From Tubiluchus corallicola (taxonomy: Eukaryota > Animalia > Priapulida), in assembly GCA_030141605.1 (NCBI GenBank), contig JAQGDQ010001364.1:1-44252 (forward strand): DNA of 44,252 bases. Direction: 5' to 3'. The notes beneath the pieces are model-generated. The model was not told the origin of the DNA. It made no database searches and saw only the letters and a program-made list of their open reading frames with translations. A program made the position numbers and the translations under genes. Below, piece by piece: positions 1 to 12,035 of this stretch (positions are counted from its first letter, which is position 1; every line of letters starts with the position of its first letter).

Positions 1-19
1 AATGGAGTCTAACATAGGC

Positions 20-432
20 TAACCTAACCTAACCTAATTCAGCATAATCTAACCTAAATTAAACCGAATAAGTCCACCTTCACTTAGCCTAACTTAGCTT
101 AATGGTCTAACTAAACTGACGAGCCGAACCTGATCTGTAACATTTTCTACTTTATACTAACCTAACCTAACCTAACCTGATTCAACATAATCTGACCTGA
201 CATATTTAAAAAAATCCACCTTTATTAAACTTACCTTAGCTAAGAGGTGAGATTAATTAACAGACCCTGCCTAATCTAACCTTTTCTATATATAATAGTC
301 TAACTTAATCCCAAGCCAGCCTAATCTAACCTTTCCTATTTTATGATAGCCTAACCTAATCTAACCTTTCCTATTTTATGATAGCCTAACTTAAACTAAC
401 CTATCCCAAGCCAACCCTAAACTAACTTACCC
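20..432. repeat. Degenerate (CCTAA)n/(TTAGG)n pentamer tract
   Basis: Runs such as ctaacctaacctaacctaa at ~20-37 and ~157-178, with decayed copies to ~430. Confidence 0.8.
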
Positions 433-489
433 AAGTTTATGTAAACAAAGGTATGCTAGATTTAAGCATTTGTCAACACTTCTAAATTG

Positions 490-740
490 CATTGCTTTCT
501 ACAATGCTCAGCACTGCCTGCGTTCCACTGCTGTAAACTACTCTACCCTGCCCTACTCTCCTTTGCAGAACCCATTACTGCTTTGCATTGTTCCAGGCTA
601 CTCTGCACTGCCGTATGCTGCTCTGCATTGCTCTATGTTACTCTGCATTGCTGTACAATGCTCTTTGCACTGTTTTGCACTGCTGCCTTCTCTGCTGTGC
701 TCTATTCAGTACCATTTCATTTTACCTTACACTGCTCCAA
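490..740. repeat. Degenerate pentamer low-complexity tract (CTGCA/CACTG-like)
   Basis: 5-bp periodicity (ctctgcactg, ctctgcattg); explains the three overlapping Cys/Leu-rich ORFs. Confidence 0.65.
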
Positions 741-1134
741 GAATTTTCCTACCTCATTTTTGCGTCATTTTCGAGGGCAAGAGAAGGGGTCCCTGAAGTA
801 GGTTTCAAAAAAACCGCTTTAAGAAATTATATTACTTTAAAGCAATTTTACGTATATATATATCGCACTCGTGTTGAAAGGAATTTTTGTTTGTTTGCAA
901 TTTTATTCTCCCACTGAACTGTTCTGATCGGGTCATAGCGTGACGTCATATACGCACAACGTAAATCAGGGATAGGAAAGGCAATGTTAAATTATGTTCC
1001 AAGAAACTTTCCATGCAGAATTATATTACTTAGCATTTTGCTTACCTGCTTGAAAGACTTATCTAAGTAGAAAGTAAAATTATTAATTATTTAAAATATT
1101 TTCATCAATAATTTTTTTTTGGTAAAATTTCGTT

Positions 1135-1270
1135 GACTCACCTGCAGGGTGCACCACTCACTAACCAAAAAACGTATTTTTAATCTTATTGATAGGATAC
1201 AGTAAATTAAAATGACATTTAGTTAGTAAGGTGTGCGCTAGAAATGCCTGATTATGTTTCAATTTTTTTT
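1135..1270 (+). repeat. Dispersed repeat fragment, paralog at ~33547-33680
   Basis: gactcacc..cagggtgc.ccactcacta.cca.aaacgtatttttaatcttattga shared with 33547 onward. Confidence 0.75.
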
Positions 1271-1299
1271 CTTCAAAATCTCATTCCACCTATTGTAAG

Positions 1300-1870
1300 C
1301 ATTGAGGTATCAACATTCATCTGAACATTCTGCCCACTTCTATCTGCAGCTAACAGCGTAAGTTCTTCTACTCATGAAGACAGATTTGGTTGAAATTGTT
1401 GAACATCTTTATTTATCTTAGCTATCCAAGTTGTTTTTGCAAGGTTTTAAGGCGATTCTTACTGGTGCTTCATTTGGTGATCTTGGAAGTTGTCCTAGCC
1501 ATCTTAATCTTCGGATCTTGACTTTTGAACTCCAATAATTTTCTTAAGTTCTGGTGTATAAATCTTCCTAATTATGTATGGCCATCTTATTTTTAAAACT
1601 TTTCTTAGAAGGCTTCTATGAAATGTGTCAATCTGCTATTCTTGAGTAATCGTTAAACCCCAAGTTTCGCTGTTGTACATAAATATGCTGATAACGTAAG
1701 CATTAAATAATCGAAGTCTTACGTTAAGACTTAATTTCTTGCTTGTTAATACAATCTTGTGTTGAAGAAAAGCATAATGATTGCTTGTTTTTTTGTTTGT
1801 CTCATTGCTTGTTTCTTTCTGCTTTTAATGTCATCTTTGGTGCTTAGAAAAGTGCCCATGATCGTCGCCA
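1300..1870 (-). mobile_element. Decayed RTE-clade LINE fragment (region C-terminal to the RT domain)
   Basis: Minus-strand translation LSLNVRLRLFNAYVISIFMYNSETWGLTITQE*QIDTFHRSLLRKVLKIRWP and KIRRLRWLGQLPR; typical RTE motifs (YNSETW, RRLRWLGH) with stops and frameshifts. Confidence 0.8.
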
Positions 1871-2639
1871 TGAGTTCTCCATTTTTCACAGTAAAATCAT
1901 GTAAAATGTTAAAGTTTGAGTGAGAAAAATGATTTGGCTGTTTGCCGCATGTCTCAGATTTAGTTCAGTTTATTTTTGTTTTTCGTATATTTCATTTCAT
2001 CATTGTTATCATTCATTAAACATTATATACACACAGTTACTTGTAAACATAAGTGTTTGTGGTGTGCTAGTGCATCACCTAAAGCTAAAAACTGTAAAAA
2101 TTAGCTAGCTTGCAGCTGTTCAAAGTAAAAGTTTTAAGTGATCAAAATTTGAAAATGCGAAATTGTGTTTTGCATATTTTATTATTTTTGCAAAATTTAT
2201 TTTTAATAAGTTAACTAATTAATTAATTAAACGATTAACTTTTGTAGTTAGCGTTGAGTTATAGTTATGCAAAACGTAAGAAAAGTTACAGAAGGATATT
2301 ACAGTGCTAAATGTAGGTATAGGGGCGTGGGGTTTGGTGTTTGCGGGTGAGGAGGGGCTTGGAGTTCGTAAAAATGTAAAGAAGTAGCAATGTAAAATGT
2401 TCACAATTCACTGTTCATTTAAAAATGTTCTGCAGAATTAACTGTTTGTTGTGTGCTAGTTGTATGCAACTGTTCAAATTTTATTAGACCAATAATTTCT
2501 AGAATTTAAATTGTCTTTTAATGTTATATATTATCTCAATATGAATTGAGAATTACATGGCAGACGTAAGAAAAAGTTAAAAACGTATGAAATGTGTCAA
2601 TCTACTTTTCTTGAGTAATCCTTAAACCCTAAGTTTTAC

Positions 2640-2835
2640 TCAATGTTATCTAAACTTGTTTCAAAAGACTTAGCGTCAAAATGGCTGCGTCTAACGGTCA
2701 TCGTGACAGTTTAAATTCACAAGTTTTATACAGTGTTAAAAGCCTTGTATGCAAAAAGGCAGTACGTAAGTAGTAGAAAATTTTAAAGCGAATTTTTAAG
2801 CTTTTTGTAAGTGATGGGTTTTCTTACGCTTTAAC
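2640..2835 (+). repeat. Dispersed repeat (paralogs ~10945-11160 and ~33685-34345)
   Basis: tgttatc...cttgtttcaaa.gac...aaaatggctg...ctaacggtca...tttaaatt.acaagttttata at three sites. Confidence 0.75.
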
Positions 2836-3244
2836 TTAACACTGCACTAAACTGATTTGTAGTGCTCCGCGCCGAACTACATTATTTTCTCACCCTGTTC
2901 TATACTGTTCTGTGTACTGTTTTAATCCACACAGCCCTGGGAGAATACTTTTAAAGGTTTTTCAGGTGACTTTCATCGGGGAAATGGCAAACCACGTTAA
3001 CCTTCAAAAATCGCAAAAATTTGACAGATTTTGCCATAAAGCCGATGTTAATATTTTAATAAAGCGAGTTTAAGCAGACTGCATTAGTCGCTGCAAGGGT
3101 TTCGCGAGAAGCCATTTATAAAATTCTGACATCTATCAGAGAATTTGATTTGGCTGACGAGCTCTTATTCATACTATTATAAGTTTATTAGTTTCATAAT
3201 TATCATCTCGTTTTATTTCTAACAGAAAACCGCTAAGACAACAA

Positions 3245-3420
3245 CACGATGACGTCAGTGACGACGACAACGACAAAGGTAACAGCAACAGCGAAAACTG
3301 CAACAGCAATAGCAATAACAAAAGCAGTGCTGACAGCAACAAAAGCAGTACCAACTACAGTAGAACACATGCTGGCTGTGGCAGCAGTTGAAGCAGCGAC
3401 AGCAACAGTAGCACAAACAT
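3245..3420. repeat. Degenerate (ACAGCA/GCAACA)n low-complexity tract
   Basis: Hexamer/trimer periodicity giving Thr/Ala-rich spurious ORFs. Confidence 0.65.
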
Positions 3421-3594
3421 TACACCACCGCAGTGTGGAATTAATGTATTGCATTTTTAAAACGTCGAATAATCACACAGTAACTTTTAATAATGCAGCT
3501 GTGCAAATTTTCCATTTAGTACAAAATTCGGCATGTCGCTCGGTTACTCAAAATTTGAACCTCTCGTCTTAGCAGTTCAAAAACACGAAAGATG

Positions 3595-3795
3595 CACACG
3601 TTCGACAGCTCGTGCGCAAGCGCAACAGCAAATTTGAAATTTGAATTTTTATCTTAAAACTTTCCTAATTTTTAGTACAACACACTATATATCTTACAGT
3701 AGCGCTGTACTTCAATTTTCGTGCAACACGTGTAACACGCTCGTGGAATATTTTTGCTGTTGAAAATTATGTTCGTTTGTGATGTCATCAATAGT
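3595..3795 (+). mobile_element. Internal fragment of Kolobok-like MITE subfamily B
   Basis: Near-colinear with 39530-39733 (cacgttcgacagct...gatgtcatcaatag) and reverse complement of ~37880-38070. Confidence 0.75.
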
Positions 3796-3924
3796 GCAGA
3801 AAACAAATTGACAGAAAAATAAACACTCTTTTGAACGTACATGGTTCGATTCCATGAGCGTTGGACTGGATCGTTTTTCGTCTACTAAATGGTACAACTT
3901 CACCACGTGGATTCACTTTTTCAG

Positions 3925-4075
3925 GTCGTTCATGGTGGATTCGGTGGAGATGGAGATGGAAGAAAAGGAACACGTTCCGGAGACTCGGCAGAACGCTTAC
4001 GAGGGGGAATGGAACACGGACGCTTACAACATCTCGGAGAAGAGCGAACGAAAAACTGTCAATATGGAATTTAAC
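3925..4075 (+). CDS. Penultimate coding exon of an unidentified gene (upstream exons not identified)
   Basis: Acceptor cactttttcag|, donor AAC|gtaagt; open frame SFMVDSVEMEMEEKEHVPETRQNAYEGEWNTDAYNISEKSERKTVNMEFN; GC-richer than flanks; joins 6098 in phase 0. Confidence 0.75.
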
Positions 4076-4170
4076 GTAAGTTTCTTCAGATTCACAAGCC
4101 ACAATATTGTAGCTCTGTAACCGTCTGATGTTCGACCATGACCTTCTGCACGTTTTGCCTGATTAATTTC

Positions 4171-5188
4171 CAGTTGTAGTTCGGTACTGTGGTACTGCAG
4201 CACCCCCTGTCTTCACTCATTTCTATGATAACATTCAATATAATAAGTCTTTTTTCTTTAGTTCTTTTTTATACTTTTACCGGACCGGAGCACGTGAGGA
4301 TAGTACAATTTGCTTCACAGCCCAAGCAATGCGGTGGTTGGTTGCTCTGCGCATGCGGCCAACCGCACATGTCTGAGATAAGACGCTGTACTTTAGGTAG
4401 AAAGAGTACTGTCGCTCACTGCAGTACGTGTTGTCAATTGTCACGTGGTGAAAAACCGTGTATCGCGACCTATTCTTGAACTGTGACAATTTACGCTATT
4501 CGTAAAAAACAATATTTTTGTTTAGGAGTTTATCAAGGTTATGTTTAAATTAGTTTGTTTGTTTAAAATTATAATTACAACATTAGAATTACATATGTTT
4601 GTTTCGTTTTACACAGTATTAAAATAATGGCTAAAAATTTTCTGAAGCAGAAATTGCGCTAATTTTTCCTTAGTTCTTTTTCATACTTGTGCAGAACTGG
4701 AGCACGTGACAGAAGTGCAATTAGCTTCACAGCTCAAGCAACGCGGTGTTTGGCTGTTGTACGCATGCGGCCATGCGCATAAGTTTGAGATACCATGCAG
4801 TATGCTAGCGTTTGCTACTAGGCAGAAAAGTATTGTCTCCTACACAGTAACAATTACCTCGTACTTACCGCGTACCGTCATATTCTTGGATGTGATAAAG
4901 TGTAAACTTAGCGTGTGTGCTTAAAACATAAATTATTTAATAATGGACGCCTTGCATCCCCAAGAAATAAGTTCTGTGACTGTAAGTGACCTACAACAGC
5001 TTAATTTTTCACATTTATCTCTCCATGAGAAAGTTGCAGTTAAGAAAAAAGACTGTTCAAAAATGATCTTCAAATGTAACTACAACATTAGAATTACATA
5101 TGTTTGTTATGTTTTACACAGTATTAAAACAATGGCTAAAAATTTTCTGAAGCAGCACCCCCACTATTTTTGCTACGAGCCGCCACTG
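4171..5188 (+). mobile_element. Non-autonomous hAT element with internal ~420-bp duplication and transposase N-terminal relic
   Basis: Ends cagttgtagttc / gagccgccactg; 8-bp TSD ttaatttc (4163-4170) / ctaatttc (5189-5196); 4943-5050 encodes DLQQLNFSHLSLHEKVAVKK, resembling hAT (ZMYM1-like) transposase N-termini. Confidence 0.65.
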
Positions 5189-5257
5189 CTAATTTCGATA
5201 ATCATGACAAGACAAGTTTTTTATTAAAGCACGAATGGTCGCAATTTGGGCTTGACG

Positions 5258-5331
5258 ACCGAATTTAAAGCAAAGCTCATCCTGGTCAGTGACTGGGTGG
5301 TTAGCTGCCGGGTTCAATCTACAATGTAGGC
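5258..5331 (+). pseudogene. Possible degenerate 5S rRNA-derived segment (SINE3-like relic)
   Basis: accgaatttaaagcaaag..cctggtcagtgactgggtggttag...tgtaggc loosely follows the 5S 3' half (gaagctaagcagg..cctggttagtacttggatgggag..tgtaggc). Confidence 0.3.
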
Positions 5332-6097
5332 CTAAGATTTGTCACTAAGAGCTGCATTCCAACTTGCCAAGTACCAGATGTTACAAATTATAGATGCAAT
5401 GTTTTTATCTATTTGTTGTGCCTGTGTAGTTAATAATGGAGATAAAGAATGAGAAAACAAAGGTATTAATTTTTTGTAAGACTAAATCAGTTAACAGATA
5501 AGCAAGCTAGTAAAAGAGTTGGCAATCTGACACTTAAGGTCGTGTGTTCAATGCCAGGCTATTTTTCGGCAGCACTTAAACAGATTTATATATAACACAT
5601 TTAACGGATCACAATGCCTCGCTTGTGAACGCACTCACCGTACATGACTTTGCGTGTAAATAGCCTTATTTGACAGTTCGTTGTGGATAGAGCTTTACTA
5701 AAAGCAAATTTCTTATGCCAAAGTTACCAGTCGGCGTATGTTACTTTGTGTGTCTGTGGAGGTTAGCATCACGTTATTAAAGCACGGAGAGTGAATTGGT
5801 AAAAAAATTGGTTTAGTCTGACTTGACTTACATCACTTGTTTATTCAACAATAGCCTTTTCAAGAACACGTTTTTTTATAAAATTGGTTTTGTGGATGGA
5901 GCTTCGTTAAAAGAAGTTTCTTGTAAACAACCAAACACATGTGGTCGCTAAACTTGGTAAAAAGTGTTCTGCCAAACAACGGCACGATAATGCGTTGTTT
6001 TTAGGTCCTTGTGGTGTTGTGATATGAAAGACGACGACTACAGCAACAGTCGTGATGGCGACGCTGCTAATAATGTCGCATTCTCCTTACATTTCAG

Positions 6098-6262
6098 GTA
6101 AAAGGAAAGGGCTACTTCAAAACCGCGTTACAGTGTAAATTCTACGAGCCCGAAGACAAAGAACACGGAGAATGGGGCGACGCGTTCCATCATATAGAAT
6201 ACGATTGTCATGCTAATGATACTAGAACACAAGTCGAGGTACTAAAAGAGACATACCACTAG
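6098..6262 (+). CDS. Terminal coding exon of the same unidentified gene
   Basis: Acceptor ctccttacatttcag|; VKGKGYFKTALQCKFYEPEDKEHGEWGDAFHHIEYDCHANDTRTQVEVLKETYH then TAG TAA; below the ORF-track length cut-off. Confidence 0.75.
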   Translation, partial: VKGKGYFKTALQCKFYEPEDKEHGEWGDAFHHIEYDCHANDTRTQVEVLKETYH

Positions 6263-6333
6263 TAATACCACGCCACAGCCATAGGGACAAGTTGAACAGC
6301 CTACCAATAGATGGTGCCACCGTACATCTAAAC

Positions 6334-6339
6334 AATAAA
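6334..6339 (+). promoter_or_regulatory. Candidate polyadenylation signal AATAAA
   Basis: 72 nt after the stop codon at 6262. Confidence 0.55.
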
Positions 6340-6772
6340 ATGTAAAAATTGTTATAAATAATTAAGACATGAATGAATTTCAACTGGTGGACAAAATTTA
6401 GAATTACAATTGTAAACTATGTACTGCTGCACCCTAACACCCCCCACCCCCATTTGAGGCTGTTCATAAACTAAATTAAAATAATAAGTTGATAAGTTGA
6501 TGGCTTTTAGTTGATTTATAAATTTATTATAATTATCACGAAGTTAGTTCCTAGTATATAGACGTTATAAAAACTATAATCTGTAAAAAAAAGTAATTAT
6601 AGTTTTTAATACTTGAAACAATAGTAACGAATTTCTTCAAAGAAAACTTTTAAGAAAAATCTGAAAGACCTTAACGCTTACTGAAATATTAGGCCCCTAG
6701 TGTGCAATGTTCTCGCTAGATGTAGCCACCTGATTAGTTAGAACAGTAATGTATAGTGTTCAGTGAAGAGTG

Positions 6773-7318
6773 TTAGACGAAAACCGGACGATTGTTTAGA
6801 CTCAATCTCATTTTAATTTACTGTCTAAAATATACATTTGCTTGCCTATAATAGCAATTGTTTCTTATATTTGAATAATTAACTTAGAAAGTTAATTAAC
6901 GGCAACCGAACACAGCTGTTGGTTACTTCAGAAACTAACCACAGTTTGTGCAATGGCAGGCATTTTCCCTTGCACATCAAGCACGTTTTGCATAAGTGTT
7001 ACTGCTTAAAGGCCTTATGTGAGGAAAATAGGATCTACTTGATATGACGCTACAAACTAACACTGCAGTTCATGATCACGGTTATCACGCTACCGCCTTC
7101 TATTTGTCAGCCACGCGCACGTGACAAAAAGGCGCTGCTGCCAATCTTAGTAGATTCACTGAGCCGCGCGTAGCTTTGAAAGTTTAACAAAGTTTGAGTA
7201 TCCGAGGTAATTATTATTCAATCTAAGCTTTGATTCAAAAAAAGCTATTGTAATTTTCAATATTTTATAAGTCTTTATTCTGAACTAATGTTTACACAAT
7301 CGCCCGGTTTTCATTTAA
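6773..7318 (+). mobile_element. Kolobok/T2-like MITE subfamily A, copy 1
   Basis: TIRs gaaaaccggacgattgt / acaatcgcccggttttc, right end followed by ttaa; three more copies in the window. Confidence 0.75.
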
Positions 7319-7650
7319 CTAATACTGATTATGATAGCAGAATTATCGTAGGTAAGATTGATAACGATAATAATGGCGGTGAGAGAAAAACCAGATAATT
7401 TCGTAATTTCATTGACAGTCTCGTTGCGTGCACTTGCGTGCGTAATCAAAAATTATGAAGTAATTTACTTTAAACGTTTTTAACTTCTCAGTCATCATAA
7501 TGGCTTCGCGTGGGTTTCTCAAATACATTCCATTTAATAACTTTGATAACTTTTAATAACTTTTTAACTTTTAAGCTACTTTTTTGAACATGAGCTGACA
7601 GTTTTACTGTTTTATAACGGTTTTCTAATGTTACAAAAGGCAGCCTCTTA

Positions 7651-8104
7651 ACCAGCCAGGTACACGACTAATTTTGTCATACAGAACCAGCTAGGTACAG
7701 GACTAATTTTGTCATACAGAACCAGCTAGGTACAGGACTAATTTTGTCATACAGAGCCAGCCAGGTACAGGACTAATTTTGTCATACAGAACCAGCTAGG
7801 TACAGGACTAATTTTGTCATACAGAACCAGCCAGGTACAGGACTAATTTTGTCATACAGAATCAGCCAGGTACAGGACTAATTTTGTCATACAGAACCAG
7901 CCAGGTACAGGACTAATTTTGTCATACAGAACCAGCCAGGTACAGGACTTTTTTTGTCATACAGAACCAGCCAGGTACAGGACTTTTTTGTCATACAGAA
8001 CCAGTCAGGCACAGGACTAATTTTGTCATACAGAACCAGCCAGGTACAGGACTAATTTTGTCATACAGAATCAGCCAGGTACAGGACTAATTTCCGTCAT
8101 ACAG
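7651..8104. repeat. 35-bp minisatellite, ~13 copies
   Basis: Unit accagccaggtacaggactaattttgtcatacaga. Confidence 0.95.
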
Positions 8105-8136
8105 TTTGCCACCTAATCCAATAAAGAAGAACTTTT

Positions 8137-8873
8137 CTTAAGTACTGTCTGTAGCTCACAAGTTAGAAAAAGTGAACTGATGAACTTAAGTACTGTCTGT
8201 AGTTTACGGGTTAGAAAAAGTGAACTCATGAACTTAAGTGCTGTCTGTAGTTCACAAGTTAGAAAAAGTGAACTCATGAACTTAAGTACTGTCTGTAGTT
8301 CACAAGTTAGAAAAACTAAATAAGTGGACTTAGGTGCTGTCTGTAGTTTACAGGTTAGAAAAAGTGAACTGATGAAGTTAAGTACTGTCTGTAGTTTACA
8401 AGTTACAAAAAATGAACAGGTGGACTTAAGTGCTGTCTGGAGTTTACAAGTTAGAAAAAATGAACAAGTGGACTTAAGTACTGTCCGTAGTTTACAAGTT
8501 ACAAAAATGAACTGATGAACTTAAGTGCTGTCTGGAGTTTACAAGTTAGAAAAAATGAACAAGTGGACTTAAGTACTGTCTGTAGTTCATAGGTTAGAAA
8601 AAATAAACAGGTGGACTTAAGTACTCTCTGTAGTTTATAGGCTAGAAAAAATGAACAGGTGGACTTAGGTACTGTCTGTAGTTTACAGGCTAGGAAAAAT
8701 GAACAGGTGGACTTAAGTACTGTCTGTAGTTTACAGGCTAGAAAAAATGAACAGATGGACTTAAGTACTGTCTGTAGTTTACAGACTAGAAAAAATGAAC
8801 AGATGGACTTAAGTACTGTCTGTAGTTTACAGACTAGAAAAAATGAACAGATGGACTTAAGTACTGTCTGTAA
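8137..8873. repeat. 48-bp minisatellite, ~15 copies
   Basis: Unit cttaagtactgtctgtagtttacaagttagaaaaaatgaacaggtgga; 16-aa periodicity in the ORF track. Confidence 0.95.
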
Positions 8874-9784
8874 ACTACAAATATAAAAAGTGCATCACCG
8901 TTTTCCTCCTTGGAACAATCGAGCAATTTTATACATGCAAGGTGGAAAAAAACAGACATAACCAATCCCCACTCATATCATAATTATGAAATAATAAATA
9001 GGTAAACAATAACATACAACCTCACTCTTTAGACATAATATTATAAGTTTTATACTTAGTACCTTAATTTAGTACTACAGTAATAATTATTAATAAACTT
9101 GTAATAATTGTCATGAGTTTTAAATTCGAAGATGTGATTATTATCAATTAAATACTATGACGTTGTGTAAATTTTATCATAATTATACAAAGTATTTTTT
9201 CCTCAAAATGGTGACGTATGTTTTATGAGTGAATTTTTTTAATTTGCCTATGTCACTTAGGTACCTATATACATAATGCGAGTTTATATTAAATATCATT
9301 GTTAAGTAATATTATTATTAATAATATAGTTTTAACAATTTATTTGGAGAATGTGGTGCCCTATGTTTCAAAATTAGATCCATTCTAAGTGTAGTAATTT
9401 TTATGTAAAAGAAAATTTTTTGTAGCGTGGCATAGAATCTATCAAAAATTCGCTTAAGTCTTCAAATTATAGTACGAATAGATTTGATTATAGAAATCAT
9501 AGTTTTTACTGCTGGATTAGATTTTTATTAATAGAAAAATTATCAACGCGCAAATTTGCTGTAGTTACGTTTGATTTGTTTCTCTCTGTTGTATTCGGTA
9601 AGCCTTTTAAAATATTTCTGAAACTGTAAGCTTTGTTATAGCTAAATAATTTCTGTTTGTCATTCAAACTGAAGACCGTTGTATTTTATTTATATGTTTA
9701 ATGTTGAAAAGCGTTTGTGGTGTGTTGCAAGCAATACGAATTTCAGAATGCAGATAACAGCATGTGATTTTTGAAAGCACCAGC

Positions 9785-9945
9785 CACACACACGCACACG
9801 CATACGCATACACACACACACACACACATTACCAATAAACAATATTTATGTGTGTGTATGTGTGTGTGTGTGCGCGTGCGCGTGCGCGTGTGCGTGTGCG
9901 TGCGTGTGTGTGTGCGCCTGCGTGCGTGTCAGTGTCTGTGTATGA
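9785..9945. repeat. (CA)n followed by (TG/CG)n microsatellite
   Basis: cacacac tract 9785-9828, tgtgtg/gcgtgc tract 9848-9942. Confidence 0.9.
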
Positions 9946-10741
9946 TTAATAAGCCTAAATACAATTATAGTGCAAGCAGTGACATCTAACTGAAAACATG
10001 TTAGTTATATTACAGTGTGGTACATATAAATATTGTTTATTGGTAATCATTAAGATATATGCTGTAGAAGACGATGTTCAACAATTATGCTGTTACGTTT
10101 CCCTATTATTCTCGAGAGTGCAACGGTGCCCTTTTGAGAATCACTGCGTTAGAGAGCAATTCTGTAATTTCTTTTTACCTCATACCACCCTGCTCTCGGC
10201 TCCTCCTCGCTTCTTCTTCCTGATGTGTCAGTAATATATAGAGTTTCTCAACGCGCCGCTTATTTTAGACCAAATCTTTGAAGAAGCCAAACTTTGCTGA
10301 AACCTTACAGACGCTTGCATGTAGTTGAAGCCACGCAGAGCAAAACTCTGCGCTCTCTAAATACGTAGCCTCTCTTTCCTGGTGCACGCACTAGCTTCCC
10401 CCATCTGACTCTCATTTGAGAGGATAATTAGTAGCAGTGCCTCTTCATCCGCGGGAGATGCTGCCAAAAGGCAGTGGAAATTTCCACTCGTTCATGTCAG
10501 GAGGAAGGGAAAACTTTTGCGCCTGAACTTGGCTTCAGTTGAAGTTCAGGGTGCTGATTGGTGTGGAGTGAGGGTACCAACCGAGCAAGGAAGATGTTGC
10601 TCAAAGATGAAGAAGAGCATTTTAGTGTGTGTCCCAAAAAAACTTGGCCATGCACTTGCCTGTTTAAAAGATTTATGTAACTAAAAAGGAAAATTTTTAA
10701 TACGTAATTCAAAACGTTCAAGCAACCTGGTAAAATAACAT

Positions 10742-10865
10742 TGCATTGCCATCCCAGTGTGCACCACTGATTCACCAATAGCACTGCATTGCCATCCCAG
10801 TGTGCACCACTGATTCACCAATAGCACTGCATTGCCATCCCAGTGTGCACCACTGATTCACCAAA
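10742..10865. repeat. 43-bp tandem repeat, ~3 copies, inside a dispersed repeat with an inverted paralog at ~43465-43570
   Basis: tgcattgccatcccagtgtgcaccactgattcaccaatagcac at 10742, 10785, 10828; cagtggtgcacactgggatg at 43481. Confidence 0.85.
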
Positions 10866-11351
10866 AAAAACAGGTTATTGATCTTTGTGACAACATAAAG
10901 TAATTAATATTTAGTTACGAAAGCTCCGGCCATTTTTTCAAACTTTACTCAGTGTTATCTGAGCTTGTTTCAAACGACCTACCGTTATAAAATGGCTGTG
11001 TCTAGCGTTCATCTCTGGTATTTAAATTTACGAGTTTTACATACATGAGACTAACGTACTGCTGGCGCAATCCCTGTGCGCAATAAGACAATTATGGGTG
11101 ATACAAAAGTTCAAAACGAAATTTTAATCGGTATCTATGAAGAGTGTTTTCTTGTCTCTCAATCTACAGGTTAAAACAGTCCTCTACCTGCTGCAACAGA
11201 AACTGAACACCTCAGAATTTTACACTTGTGTCGTCAGATATCCAGCCTATCCATCCTATTTGCTCAGTTTGTAACTGACATAATTGTAGAATAAGATAAA
11301 ATGAAAAAAATAATAAAGAAAAATATACCAAAAATTAAACGGTATGAATAA

Positions 11352-11576
11352 TTGATGCTGATGCTGATGATGATGATCATGATGATGATCATGATCATGA
11401 TGATGATGATTATGATGATGACAGTGGTGGTGATGACGATGATGTTGATGTTCATGTTGATGTTGATGATGATGATGATGATGGTGAAGAAGATGATGAT
11501 GATGATGATGTTGATGAAGATGATGATGGTGGTGGTAGTGGTGGTGATAATGATTATGACGATGATGATGATGATC

Positions 11577-11646
<70 letters not shown>

Positions 11647-11806
11647 CGGTGGTGGTGATGACGATGATGTTGATGTTGATGTTGATGTTGATGTTCATGT
11701 TGATGTTGATGTTGATGATGATGATGGTGAAGAAGAAGATGATGATGATGATGATGTTGATGAAGATGATGATGGTGGTGGTAGTGGTGGTGATAATGAT
11801 TATGAC

Positions 11807-11857
<51 letters not shown>

Positions 11858-11967
11858 GACGACGACGACGATGACGTCGATAATTATAAAACAAAGTAAC
11901 AATAGTTGTATCAAGTTAATTTTGAGCGACTTATCAAATCATGCATTTTATGACGTTGGTTTGTTAT

Positions 11968-11998
<31 letters not shown>

Positions 11999-12035
11999 TA
12001 TGTTACTGCTGCTGCTGTTGTTATTATTGTTATTT
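11352..12035. repeat. Compound (GAT)n microsatellite with internal ~240-bp duplication, then (TTG)n
   Basis: ggtagtggtggtgataatgattatgac occurs twice (~11534, ~11780) within GAT runs. Confidence 0.95.

Noticed and set aside
7651-8873. CRISPR-like regular arrays (also 38605 and 42247)
   Set aside because: Units are head-to-tail with no unique spacers, there are no cas genes, and the context is eukaryotic.
10100-10650. GC-richer unique block as a possible exon
   Set aside because: No convincing splice-bounded open frame or motif was found; it may be regulatory or old TE sequence.
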